The notes below the pieces were generated by a model. That model worked only from the letters and a program-made list of their open reading frames with translations. It had not been told where the DNA came from and searched no databases. Made by a program: the position numbers and the translations under genes. Source: Macrostomum lignano (taxonomy: Eukaryota). Taken from it: 64,000 bases of DNA. This document shows positions 34,905-46,015 of this stretch, piece by piece; positions within the stretch are counted from its first letter, which is position 1; each line of letters starts with the position of its first letter. The stretch spans positions 127,711-191,710 of the forward strand of contig NIVC01001141.1 of NCBI GenBank assembly GCA_002269645.1. The letters are read 5' to 3'.

Positions 34905-35450
34905 TTTTCAATTGGAGTACATCAATTGTGGCCCTTATAATTCAATTCTTACAGCAAGTCAATTAGAGTAAAAAGTTATGACATAATCAATTTCTCAGTC
35001 AGCCAGTATCAGTTTCAATTCAAGTTAGCAATATTGGTTACGCAATTTAAATCAAGTCGTGTGTGCATTTCTTCGGCACTGTTTTCTACTTGTTGTGATG
35101 CAATCTTTATCAGAATTGAAATTCAGTCAGTCAGGTTTTTTTCTAGCATTCTTACAATGCATTTCAAGTCGAAAATTTTGCTTGACCTTTGCAAAAAAGC
35201 ATGTTTTTCGAATATTTAATCCCTTTAATATATAGCAATTTCTTAGCCAAGATGCATGTACCGTCCCAGGAAAATTTCTGATCGAATGGTGCAAGTTTGA
35301 AGAAAATCGGTTGAGCCAATTTTTCTGAAATCTATCGCATACCCACAGACAACTCATTTTTAGTATATAGGATATTGTTGCAAGTAGGTCCGGAACAATC
35401 ACTTAACTAAGTTGCTGCTATTTTTGCGAGTAACATTCACCCGAGTTTCC

Positions 35451-36517
35451 ATGGGGAACCGCTGCTGCCGGAGCTGTCGGAACTGCCGGTAAGCTGCTCA
35501 CCCTGCAGTTTGTACTGGGGCCTCAAATCCCCGGGTGCGACAGCATTCGGTGCCTTTTGGGCGCCCCGTCTGGAGGTGGAATGCCTGCAAAGTTCGAAAT
35601 GCAAAAATTTCGTTTCTTGGAAGTGGGGTTTCACCATAGACAAAACACCTTGTCCTTTGTGCGCGCCCCCGTCTCTTAGGTGGGTGCGCCTGTCTCTTAG
35701 GTGGGCGCGCCTTCTCTAGGTAGCCCCCCTTCTCCAGGTGGCCCCCCTTCTCCAGGGGCGCCCCTTCTCCAGGTGGCCCCCCTTCTCCAGGGGGCGCCCC
35801 TTCTCCAGGTGGCCCCCCTTCTCCACCCCTTCTCCAGGGGGTGCCCCCTTCTCCATGGGGTGCCCCTTCTCCAGGTGGCCCCCCCTTCTCCAGGGGGTGC
35901 CCCCTTCTCCAGGTGGCCCCCCTTCTCCAGGGGGTGCCCCTTCTCCAGGTGGCCCCCCTTCTCCAGGTGGCCCGGTGGCCCCCCTTCTTCAGGTGGCCCC
36001 CCTTCTCCAGGTGGGCGCCGCTACCTCTCGGTGTTTGCATAGATGCCCTGTCCAAGAGATGGCTTGTTGGCGTCTTCTGTTTTGCTTTTGGAAGGATTCA
36101 GTTTTGGTGGGCTATTGGGGCCGCGGCCCCTGCAGTCTGTTGCTATCTGGAGCCAAATGAAACTCCTCAGTATGCATTTTAGCTGGTTGCAAAACTATGC
36201 ACAGTGGAAGAACATCAATGAGCCGAATCCGCTGCGGAGATCGCGACTGCCATGCTGCTGCAGACACAGCGGCCATGTACAAATGTACGTCTGCTGCCAA
36301 GACTATAGCTGCAGCAGCTGTGCAAAGCATTATTGGTAAGTCAGGCGCGCACCTCTGCTTGTTTGAGCAGTTCGGTCTCTCTACTCGAGGATTTTTTTCA
36401 AGCTCCATCGTCTCGGGTTTCAGCGTGAAGAGCAGCGATGTCAGAAGGTTGCGCCAGAACTGCTGCTGCAAGCACTACTATGCCACCTTCGTGAACAGCG
36501 ACATCGAGATAACGTAG
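35451..36517 (+). CDS. Small cysteine-rich protein of unknown family; exons 35451-35488, [35509-35679 optional], 36183-36335, 36403-36517
   Basis: All junctions are phase-2 GT-AG and join in frame, giving MGNRCCRSCRNCRWLQNYAQWK...CCCRHSGH..CCQDYSCSSCAKHYC...CCCKHYY (101 aa, 15 Cys, without the optional exon). Confidence 0.6.
35672..36012. repeat. GC-rich repeat of about 18-20 bp (CCCCCTTCTCCAGG[T/G]GG)
   Basis: Direct periodicity, starting at a putative donor junction. Confidence 0.9.
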
Positions 36518-36889
36518 ACTTTGCTCATGTTCAACCGGACCTGTCGCATGTGTCTCGCTAGCACCTCAGAAGGTTCGCTCTAAAAGGTTTTTCAGAGCGA
36601 GCAAACACCCGAGTTTACTCTTTCATAAGTCAATAATTTCAGGCCTTACTAACTACGCATCAAATGCATGTAAATGAAAACATTGCTTTGAATGCCACAA
36701 AATTTTATAAATAAAAATCTTCGGCAATTTGCAAAAATTTTATCAACTTTATTTACGTTGCTTGGACAGTTTTTAATTAAAATTTGTACGATACTACTGA
36801 AGAAATGTCATGCAAACTTTAGCCAACACGAATCACAGCAAAACAAGCACTCAGTATGCCTTGCATGATGAGTATCACGCTAAGTAGCT

Positions 36890-37880
36890 GATATGCATGT
36901 AGTTGATGTACGTGTAGCTGATGTACATGTAGCTGATGTACGTGTAGCTGATGTACATGTAGCTGATGTACATGTAGCTGATGTACGTGTAGCTGATGTA
37001 CATGTAGCTGAGGGTGGGTTTCACAAACGCGAAATTTCATAACCGCTAAAAGCACTTGCTTTCATAAACGCGAAACTTCACAAACGCGAAACTTCACAAC
37101 CGCGAAACTTCACAACCGCTAAATCACCTACTTTCATAAGCGCTAAATTTCATAAACGCGAAACTTCACAACCGCTAAATTTTTTGCTGTCACTTTCACA
37201 AACGCGAAACTTCACAACCGCGAAACTTCACAAACGCGAAACTTCACAACCGCTAAAAATTTTGCACATACTTTCATATACTGCAGTCTTTTTAGCGGTT
37301 GTGAAGTTTCGCGGTTATGAAGTTTCGCGGTTGTGAAAGTAGATGACATTTAGCGGTTGTGAAGTTTCGCGTTTGTGAAGTTTCGCGCTTATGAAAGTGG
37401 GTGATTTAGCGGTTGTGAAGTTTCGCGTTTGTGAAAGTAGATGACATTTAGCGGTTGTGAAGTTTCGCGTTTGTGAAGTTTCGCGCTTATGAAAGTGGGT
37501 GATTTAGCGGTTGTGAAGTTTCGCGTTTGTGAAGTTTCGCGTTTATGAAAGTGACTGCAAAAAAATTAGCGGTTGTGAAGTTTCGCGGTTATGAAGTTTC
37601 GCGGTTGTGAAAGTAGGTGATTTAGCGGTTGTGAAGTTTCGCGGTTGTGAAAGTAGGTGATTTAGCGGTTGTGAAGTTTCGCGGTTGTGAAATTTCGCGT
37701 TTGTGAAAGCAACCCGTAGCTGATGTACATGTAGCTGATGTACATGTAGCTGATGTACATGTAGCTGATGTACATGTAGCTGATGTACATGTAGCTGATG
37801 TACATGTAGCTGATGTACATGTAGCTGATGTACATGTAGCTGATGTACATGTAGCTGATGTACATGTAGCTGATGTACAT
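36890..37880. repeat. 15-bp minisatellite (GTAGCTGATGTACAT) split by a foldback insertion
   Basis: Units at 36890-37011 and 37716-37880. Confidence 0.92.
37012..37715. mobile_element. Foldback-type element, 704 bp
   Basis: Termini GGGTGGGTTTCACAAACGCGAAATTTCA / TGAAATTTCGCGTTTGTGAAAGCAACCC; inverted arms of CGCGAAACTTCACAA sub-repeats; 8-bp TSD GTAGCTGA. Confidence 0.85.
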
Positions 37881-39724
37881 CTCGCTTATGCTTTCTTAGT
37901 AATTGTTGTTGATGAAGTCTCATCAAATCGCTAGATCATTGAAATAGCGATTCTGTTTACAGTAAATACGATGATGTAAATACGATTTTGTTTACAAAGT
38001 CATTAACCGATTTCGTTGTTAATGCTGTGTTTAAATAGACTTTGAGGTTTTTTATGGACAGTTTATGCCATGCAGCTTTTTGTGAGCTCACCAAGCCTCT
38101 TAGTACATGTACCCGAGCTGATAAGTATTTGCTTTGAAAGTTTTGCGTCTGCAAAAGCCTGATTGTGTAGCAAATACTGGCTTCCAAAACCTGGAAATGT
38201 GCTCAGCTTCTTATCGCTACTCTGTCTACAATTTGATCATTATGAGTCTCCAAACACAGCTCGATTGCAGATTTTACTGAATTATCGGTATTTCATACAC
38301 ACAATATAAGCTATTTAGTAGTAGCGGAGGCCGCCGAAATTATGCCCAGAACCGTCACAGCGCATTTGCACTGCCACAATGTGCTGTACTCAAAAGGAAT
38401 GAATTTATACAAGGTACATCCGTCAATTTCAGGTCGTTTCCATGCTTGCATATCTATATTAGCTAAATTTTCCTTAACTTTTCCAGAACCTTCTCTACTG
38501 CTTTCAGTGAGTCTTTGCTGGTGTAAAAACAATTAAATCTTCCAGTCAAACGGCTCGCCAGCATCCGAGTTGCATCGGGCCCTCACAGCTCTGCTCAGCT
38601 CGAGAGCAATGAGCATCTGTAGCGCTCATCCCTCTGTCTGTGCCGTTCTCAACAGTTGCATCTGCATCGCGGTTTTCTTTCATTTCGATTTGCAACCCAG
38701 CAGTCTGAAGTGCCTCATTGTTTCAGCTGGTAGCCCTGCTGCAGTCAACTGAAAACTGTAGCCACTGCCAGCGCCAACCCTCCGCTGCTCTTTCCTCTCC
38801 ACCGCTCATTCTCTCCCGCGCGTACGCAGCAAGAAAGTGCGAGAGCAGCCAGGCAGAGCGCAGAGAGGAGGGCAGGCAGGCAGGCAGGCAGGCAGTCCAC
38901 CCTGTCTCTGGGTGGCGGGGGGGGGGGCAAAGTACAAGCAAGCGCGCGGCCACCCCATGGATGGCGGCGCATAAGAGCCACCCTGCGCTCCCGCTAACGC
39001 TCGTAAGCTCAGCGCAGGTATTCAGCTCCACTGGCACAAGGATATCGCAAAAAAATTAATTATGTAAGTTTTCACGCTCTCTAAAATTTCAAAATAACGC
39101 CCGAATCGGTCATTTCAAGCCTTGCAGTAGCGCGCCATTCAGAAATCGGCAACTTTAGTCAGCATTGACGCGCTTGTTAATTGTTAATTCAGTAAATCCT
39201 ATGGATAGAAATGTGCAATTTTTTTGCTTTTCTACCTATATGAGAACTCAGATGGCAGAGCTGTCGGGCCTTTTGTAGTGAAGACAATTTTACCACCTAC
39301 ATTACTGAATGGTTAATTACTGTACATAAGTTACATTTAGCTCATGATGAGTAAAACCCATGAATTACAGGGTTAATTAAGCACATTCAGTAGATTATCA
39401 TTTTATCTATTTTTAAATGGCAATTTCTCAAGAATTAAATCTTTTCTATAATTTTCAACAGATAGATAGTAAAGAACGAGTCACAAAACTTCTACAAGGC
39501 ACCAAAATATTTCAAACATTCTACTGACAGTAGCAAACCTGGGCAGCAAGCGCTAAACATATCTGAATTATGCAAGCTAAAATTGCACACAAAGTGAGAT
39601 ACATGTAGCAGCAGCGAGCCTTGTTGATTTTACTTAGCCCTACTAAAAGATATCCCTGTCGAAACATTTGGAACTCTACATCGAAACTACCAAACCTGGT
39701 TCATTCAGATCCAACCCTGCAGCC

Positions 39725-42700
39725 ATGGACTCTGGCCAGCGACAGCAAGTTCAGGAGCTGCAGCAGGCCCTGATGCAGCTGGCCGCACTATTCGGCGTGT
39801 CTGCTGACGATCTCCAGAGCGTCACAAGCATGTCATCGAGCGTGAAGAGCTTAATGGAGGCGGCGGCCGTAGGGAACAGGCAGCAGTGCCGCTCCCTGGT
39901 GCGCAAGGCCGGCGGCCCCAACGCTCGCGGCAACAAGGGCATCGTGGCGCTGCACGTGGCGGCGCACGAAGGCCAGTTGGAGGTGATGAAGGAGCTACTG
40001 GAGCTTGGAGCGGACATCGAGGCGGTGGACGAGGATGGCGACACGCCGCTCATCATGGCCGCCATGAACCGCCAGGACGATGCGGCCGACCTGCTCATTG
40101 AGAAGGGCGCCAACGTGCGCCATCTCAACAACAAGGGCCTCTCCGCTGCCGACGTGGCCCTCGCAAAGCGCAACTTAAACATGGTTTACTCGCTGGAAGG
40201 CGTCTCGCACTGCCTGCAATACGACTCGGACATTCACGAGAAGACTCTCACGAGCGCCGCTCAGGAGGGCAACACCCGCGTGATCGAGTTCTGGCTGGAG
40301 CACAGCCCGAGCGCCGGGCCTACAACAGGCAGCTGGGGCAGAAGAGGACCATTGCATTCATCGCAGCCCTCAATGGCCACCTGGACATCATCGAGCTGCT
40401 GGAGTCCAAGAGAGCCGATTTCGAGCTGACCGACGATCGCGGCAACACCCCGCTATTCTGCGCAGCACAGAACGACCATTTCGAAGTGGTCCAGTTCCTT
40501 CTGGACAAGCGCTGCAACGTGAACCACGAGAACTGCAACCGGAGGACACCGATTTTCTCGGCTGTGAACAATGGACACGAGGATATTGTGAGCCTCTTGA
40601 TTCGCCATGGTGCCCGAGTTGACCACGAGGACGAAGACGGCAGGACGCCGCTGGAGTGCGCAGTAAAGCAGGGCTCCCTGCCGGTGTTTCAAATGCTGGT
40701 GGAAGCTGGCGCGGACCCGAAGCACGTGAACTCTCGGGGCTACGATCTCGCCATGGGCGCCGCGGACTCCTCCAATCTTGAAATTCTCAAGGAGCTTAGG
40801 AATCTGGGCGTATCTTTGACTCGCGTCAACACCAGGAATGGTGAGACGGCCCTTCTCGGCGCCTGCCAGGTGGGTCCGGATGAAGTCGTCAAGTACCTGC
40901 TGAAAGAGGGAAGTGACAAAAATCACAAGAACAGGCGCGGAATAAGTCCTGCCCTGCGAGCGGCGTACAATGGACTGACGGATGTTGTGTCTGTACTGGC
41001 CAATGCTGGAGCCAATATGGACATTGCGGACAACGATGGGGACACGCCGATTCTCTGCGCTGCCCAGCAAGGCAACCAGGAGATGGTGGAGCTCCTGCAC
41101 GGCCTCGGCTGCAAGGTGTCGGCCAAGAACAACCGGGGCCGAACGCTCGTCTGGTTTGCGGCGAAGAGCGGCAACCTGGAGCTGGTGGAGTTTCTGAAGG
41201 ACATTGGCGCTCCCATGGACGCTCCAGACGCCAACGGCAACACTCCGCTGATGATAGCGGTGATGGACGGCTCCAACCCCGATTTGGTCAGCTACTTGGT
41301 GCGCTGCGGCTGCAGCGTGAGGAAGCAAAACCAGAAGGGAGAAAATGCAGAGGCTCTCGCTAAAAAGGCGAACCAGCGGGCCATCCTGACAGTGCTGACG
41401 GAGACCAAACGGGAGCCTGGAGCCAGAGAGAAGATGACTGAAAGCGGGTTCCTGCGTAGGAGCCGACCGCAGCCGCCAAAGCCGGAGATTGATCAGGAGC
41501 CAATGTAAGTGCAAGCTGGAATTCAGCTCCAATACCCTATGTAAGTGCAAGCTGGAATTTAGTTCCAATACCCAATGTAAGTGCAAGCTGGAATTTAGTT
41601 CCAATACCCAATGCAAGTGCAAGCTGGAGTTCAGTTCCAATGCCCAATGTATTGTAATATGTAAGTGCAAGCTGGAGTTCAGTTCCAATACCCAATGTAA
41701 GTGCAAGCTGGAAATTCAGCTCCAGTGAACTTGTGATCATCTTCTGTCTTATGTCGCAGATATCCTGGTGCGGGCCTCGATGCGAGCTTCAAGAGGTGGA
41801 ACATCATGTGCGAGAATGACGGATCCAAGAAGCCGATTGGCGAGGGTGGCTTCGGCAAGGTGTACAAGGCCATCACGGACAAGCACCAGTTCGTGGCCGT
41901 TAAGGTTGTGCAGCTGCGGGGCCTGATGAGCGAGCAGACGACTCGCATCGTGTCCCAAGAGAAGAAGGGCATCGAGATCCTCAGCGGCCTGAAGCATCCC
42001 AATATCTTGGTGTTCCTCAAGTGCGAACAAGCTCCGAACGGCGACTTCTGCATCTTCACGGAGCTCATCTCCGGTGTCAGTCTGTGCGACTTGATGAGGC
42101 GCCAGAAGCAGCCATTCGAGGAGGCTGGAATCTGCAAATTTTCACGCCAGGTAACTAAAACGTTTTTTGTGAGATTTTATGCTCAGTCAAAGTTAATATT
42201 CGCTGAGAACTGTGAAAGGGATTTGATTATACGCGTTCATACCTGTCACTTGTCTAGATTTGCGATGCCTTGAACTTCCTGCACAGCCGGAAGGTGCTGC
42301 ACCGAGATATCAAGTGCTCCAACATTATGCTTTCCAACGAGGGCATCATCAAGCTGATCGACTTCGGCCTGGCTAAGGAGATTTTCACCACCACGGTGGC
42401 CTACTCGAGCTCCAGCCAGTGCGGCACGCTGTGCTTCATGGCGCCCGAGCTGCTGGACTGCAGCGCCGACCGCGTGATTTACTCCACCAAGTCTGATGTG
42501 TGGGCCTTCGGCTGCACAGTGTACGAGATGGCGTGCATCCTCCCGCCCAACTGCCGGCTGCCGCAGGGCCAGATGATCAACGCCATCGTCTCCAAGCCCA
42601 TGCCGGATCTGCCGTCCAAAGCCTCCAGGAACCTGCGAGACTTCTACGCCAAGTGCGTCATCAAGGACCCGAGCACGCGGCCCAGCATGGAAGGCCTCCT

Positions 42701-42728
42701 GCGGCACCCTTTCCTGGCGGGCCGCTGA
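39725..42728 (+). CDS. Ankyrin-repeat protein with a C-terminal STE/MAP3K-like Ser/Thr kinase; exons 39725-41504, 41760-42150, 42258-42728
   Basis: Many G.TPL..AA..G ankyrin repeats, then GEGGFGKVY, VAVK, HRDIKCSN, DFG, GTLCFMAPE and DVWAFG. In-frame GT-AG joins; one apparent 1-nt deletion near 40316. Confidence 0.9.
41499..41726 (+). repeat. 36-bp repeat containing the 5' splice site (CCAAT|GTAAGTGCAAGCTGG...)
   Basis: GTAAGT at 41505, 41541, 41577, 41661 and 41697; GCAAGT at 41613. Confidence 0.92.
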
Positions 42729-43380
42729 GGCCAAACATTGTGGGCTGCCATCGTCTCAAACTGCTCCCGTATCAGCCTTAACTCTTCATTAACTATTTCA
42801 AAACGGACATGGCTGTGCTTTCACAGTTAAATTCCCCTTCCATCGGAAGCTTTTTCATTTACCAGAAGTATGTAAGTGTTCAGACTATTCAGAGAGTAGG
42901 GGTGGGGACTCGCTCCGCTGCCGTAGCTTACGAGTTTCTGTTGAGAGACTCGGATCGATTACTCATTACTAATTTCTACCCGCAAGTGAGCTATGGAAGC
43001 CGAGACGACGAGAGTTGTCGAAGCTCAAGTCTTGGATACCGTTTCCGTGCCATAAAAATGTCAGAATTTTTATTTTTAACACATAACTCATCCTAACTGC
43101 TAATCCTGACTTCCTGGAGACACTGAGCCAATTCAAAACCCGATTGATTATTTAGATCGGCTCGATTCTCTCTGTAAAAAGATTTTCCACTACTGTCATT
43201 GCACCCATTTTTATTGATGATATCTAGCAACAGCCCGTCAGTGTTTTCTGTGCCGTAAAAAGCTTTTGCACATTGCTAAAGTACGTCGCTAAGGTACGGG
43301 CGACTCAATTACCCAAAATTATTCGCCGTCTACCATATTTAAAAAAATTTGGACTTCCACGCTTGAGTATTATGCACCGG

Positions 43381-43988
43381 AATGACTCAGACTGATGCTG
43401 CATGACTGAAACTGATGCCTCATGACTCAGACAGATGCTGCATGACTCAGACAGATGCTTCATGACTGAAACTGATGCCTCATGACTCAGACAGATGCTT
43501 CATGACTGAAACTGATGTCTCATGACTCAGACAGATGCTTCATGACTGAAACTGATGCCTCATGACTCAGACAGATGCTTTCATGACTAAAACTGATGCC
43601 TCATGACTGAAACTGATGCCTCATGACTCAGACAGATGCTTTCATGACTAAAACTGATGCCTCATGACTGAAACTGATGCCTCATGACTCAGACAGATGC
43701 TTCATGACTGAAACTGATGCATCATGACTCAGACAGATGCTTTCATGACTAAAACTGATGCCTCATGACTGAAACTGATGCCTCATGACTCAGACAGATG
43801 CTTCATGACTGAAACTGATGCCTCATGACTCAGACAGATGCTTTCATGACTAAAACTGATGCCTCATGACTCAGACAGATGCTTGATGACTGAAACTGAT
43901 GCCTCATGACTCAGACAGATGCTTTCATGACTAAAACTGATGCCTCATGACTGAAACTGATGTTTCATGACTGAAACTGATGCCTCAT
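43381..43988. repeat. 20-bp minisatellite with two alternating variants (CATGACTCAGACAGATGCTT / CATGACTGAAACTGATGCCT)
   Basis: Direct periodicity. Confidence 0.93.
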
Positions 43989-44669
43989 GCAACACTACTA
44001 AAAAAATTTGACTCGGTTGTCTTGGAAAGCCAAACATTCCACCTGGCTTGTGAAAGTGCTTCGATAAAACCCTAGTCGACACTTAGGAAAATCTGCACAT
44101 GGTCAAACAGCTGCATGAGTCATGCCATGCACTGCATGCTACTTGGTAATTATAGGATGTTAAAAACTAATTTAATGCATTTACGAGTGTAGAGCATTAA
44201 ATACCGTGATCGAAGAAATTCAGAAAATTTATCAAAAAGGCATTTGTCAATTGCGTTCAATTTATTGAATTTTGAGAACTTTGACTGCTTTACCGCTTGA
44301 ACTTCGCTCGCACTTCGCCTTACAAAGCACTGCCAGTGCGTGAGAATCTTGCGAGTCAGTGAATCCAAATGGAACTGAAAATGAAACTCCGTTGGTTATC
44401 TCACACATTACGCATTTGTATTCGCAGTTACTTTATTGCTGAGTAAGTTCGCGGTCTTCAGTCCAACGGTGAATAGCAGCCTAGCCTAAGATAGCATCCA
44501 GTTTGGCGCTCTGCAATTGGCGTGATCGGCAAACAGCGACAAAGATAGGGATTTTTTATTTAAGTATTTGCTAACCGGCCGCGCTGGGGAATAGGAAACA
44601 GACAACAGGGAACATAGAACAGGGACATGGAACATCTAAAGTAAATTATCATAAAGATTATGCTCAGTT

Positions 44670-45567
44670 CTCAAGAGAGAAGTGAGTCACGGTAAGCGTG
44701 GCCATAGACACAAGAGGTGCAGGTGAGTAAAGAGAGAGGTGAGTCACGGTAAGCGTGGCTATAGACACAAGTGGTGCAGGTGAGTAAAGAGAGAGGTGAG
44801 TCACGGTAAGCGTGGCCATAGACACAAGCGGTGCAGGTCAGTAAAGAGAGAGGTGAGTCACTGTAAGCGTGGCCATAGACACAAGAGGTGCAGGTCGGTA
44901 AATAGAGAGGTGAGTCACGGTAAGCGTGGCCATAGACACAAGAGGTGCAGGTCGGTAAAGAGAGAGATGAGTCACGGTAAGCGTGGCCATAGACACAAGA
45001 GGTGCAGGTCGGTAAAGAGAGAGGTGAGTCACGGTAAGCGTGGCCATAGACACAAGCGGTGCAGGTCAGTAAAGAGAGAGGTGAGTCACGGTAAGCGTGG
45101 CCATAGACACAAGAGGTGCAGGTCGGTAAAGAGAGAGGTGAGTCACGGTAAGCGTGGCCATAGACACAAGAGGTGCAGGTCGGTAAAGAGAGAGGTGAGT
45201 CACGGTAAGCGTGGCCATAGACACAAGAGGTGCAGGTCGGTAAAGAGAGAGGTGAGTCACGGTAAGCGTGGCTATAGACACAAGTGGTGCATGTGAGTAA
45301 AGAGAGAAGTGAGTCACGGTAAGCGTGGCCATATACACAAGAGGTGCAGGTGAGTAAAGAGAGAGGTGAGTCACGGTAAGCGTGGCTATAGACACAAGTG
45401 GTGCAGGTGAGTAAAGAGAGAGGTGAGTCACGGTAAGCGTGGCCATAGACACAAGCGGTGCAGGTCAGTAAAGAGAGAGGTGAGTCACTGTAAGCGTGGC
45501 CATAGACACAAGAGGTGAAGGTCGGTAAAGAGAGAGGTGAGTCACGGTAAGCGTGGCCATAGACACT
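44670..45567. repeat. 57-bp minisatellite, about 16 copies
   Basis: Direct periodicity (GAGAGAGGTGAGTCACGGTAAGCGTGGCCATAGACACAAG...). Confidence 0.95.
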
Positions 45568-46015
45568 GAATGGAAAACTACTTACCTTAACTGCTTAGCT
45601 ATTAGAAATCGATGATGAGAGGCAGTGCAGAGCAGTGATTAAACACTGATTCCGGAAATGCTGTTAGCAATGTGGACACGGCAAACCCCAGACGTCAATG
45701 TTATAGCAAAGCTTATTTATGCCTGAGCTAAGTTGTGGAAAGTACAGAAACATCAAGACAAAATCTAATTATTGCACACGTTTGTATGCGATGCAACTGG
45801 AAACAGTTTATATTCGGAATAATTTACCAAAGATTCGCCCCGCAGTGACCAAATTCTAATTCCAATAGTTAAAAAACTCATACGACTTCCAAAATCGAAG
45901 AAAAGCATACATGGTCCAACACAGCAGCTCTGAATTATAGCGATCTAACAAATCTCTGGAATCTCTGGCGGCTCATAAAGGGGGAGGCAAACGTTCAGTT
46001 TCTATGAAATCATTA

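Noticed and set aside
1701-45452. Long ORFs inside tandem repeats (e.g. IPNRLKYRDQWLVR, ASPLKHWG, NTPRAQGRS, SISNLTY, HGKRGHRHKRCR)
   Set aside because: They arise from stop-free repeat units, often on both strands, and several lie within well-supported introns.
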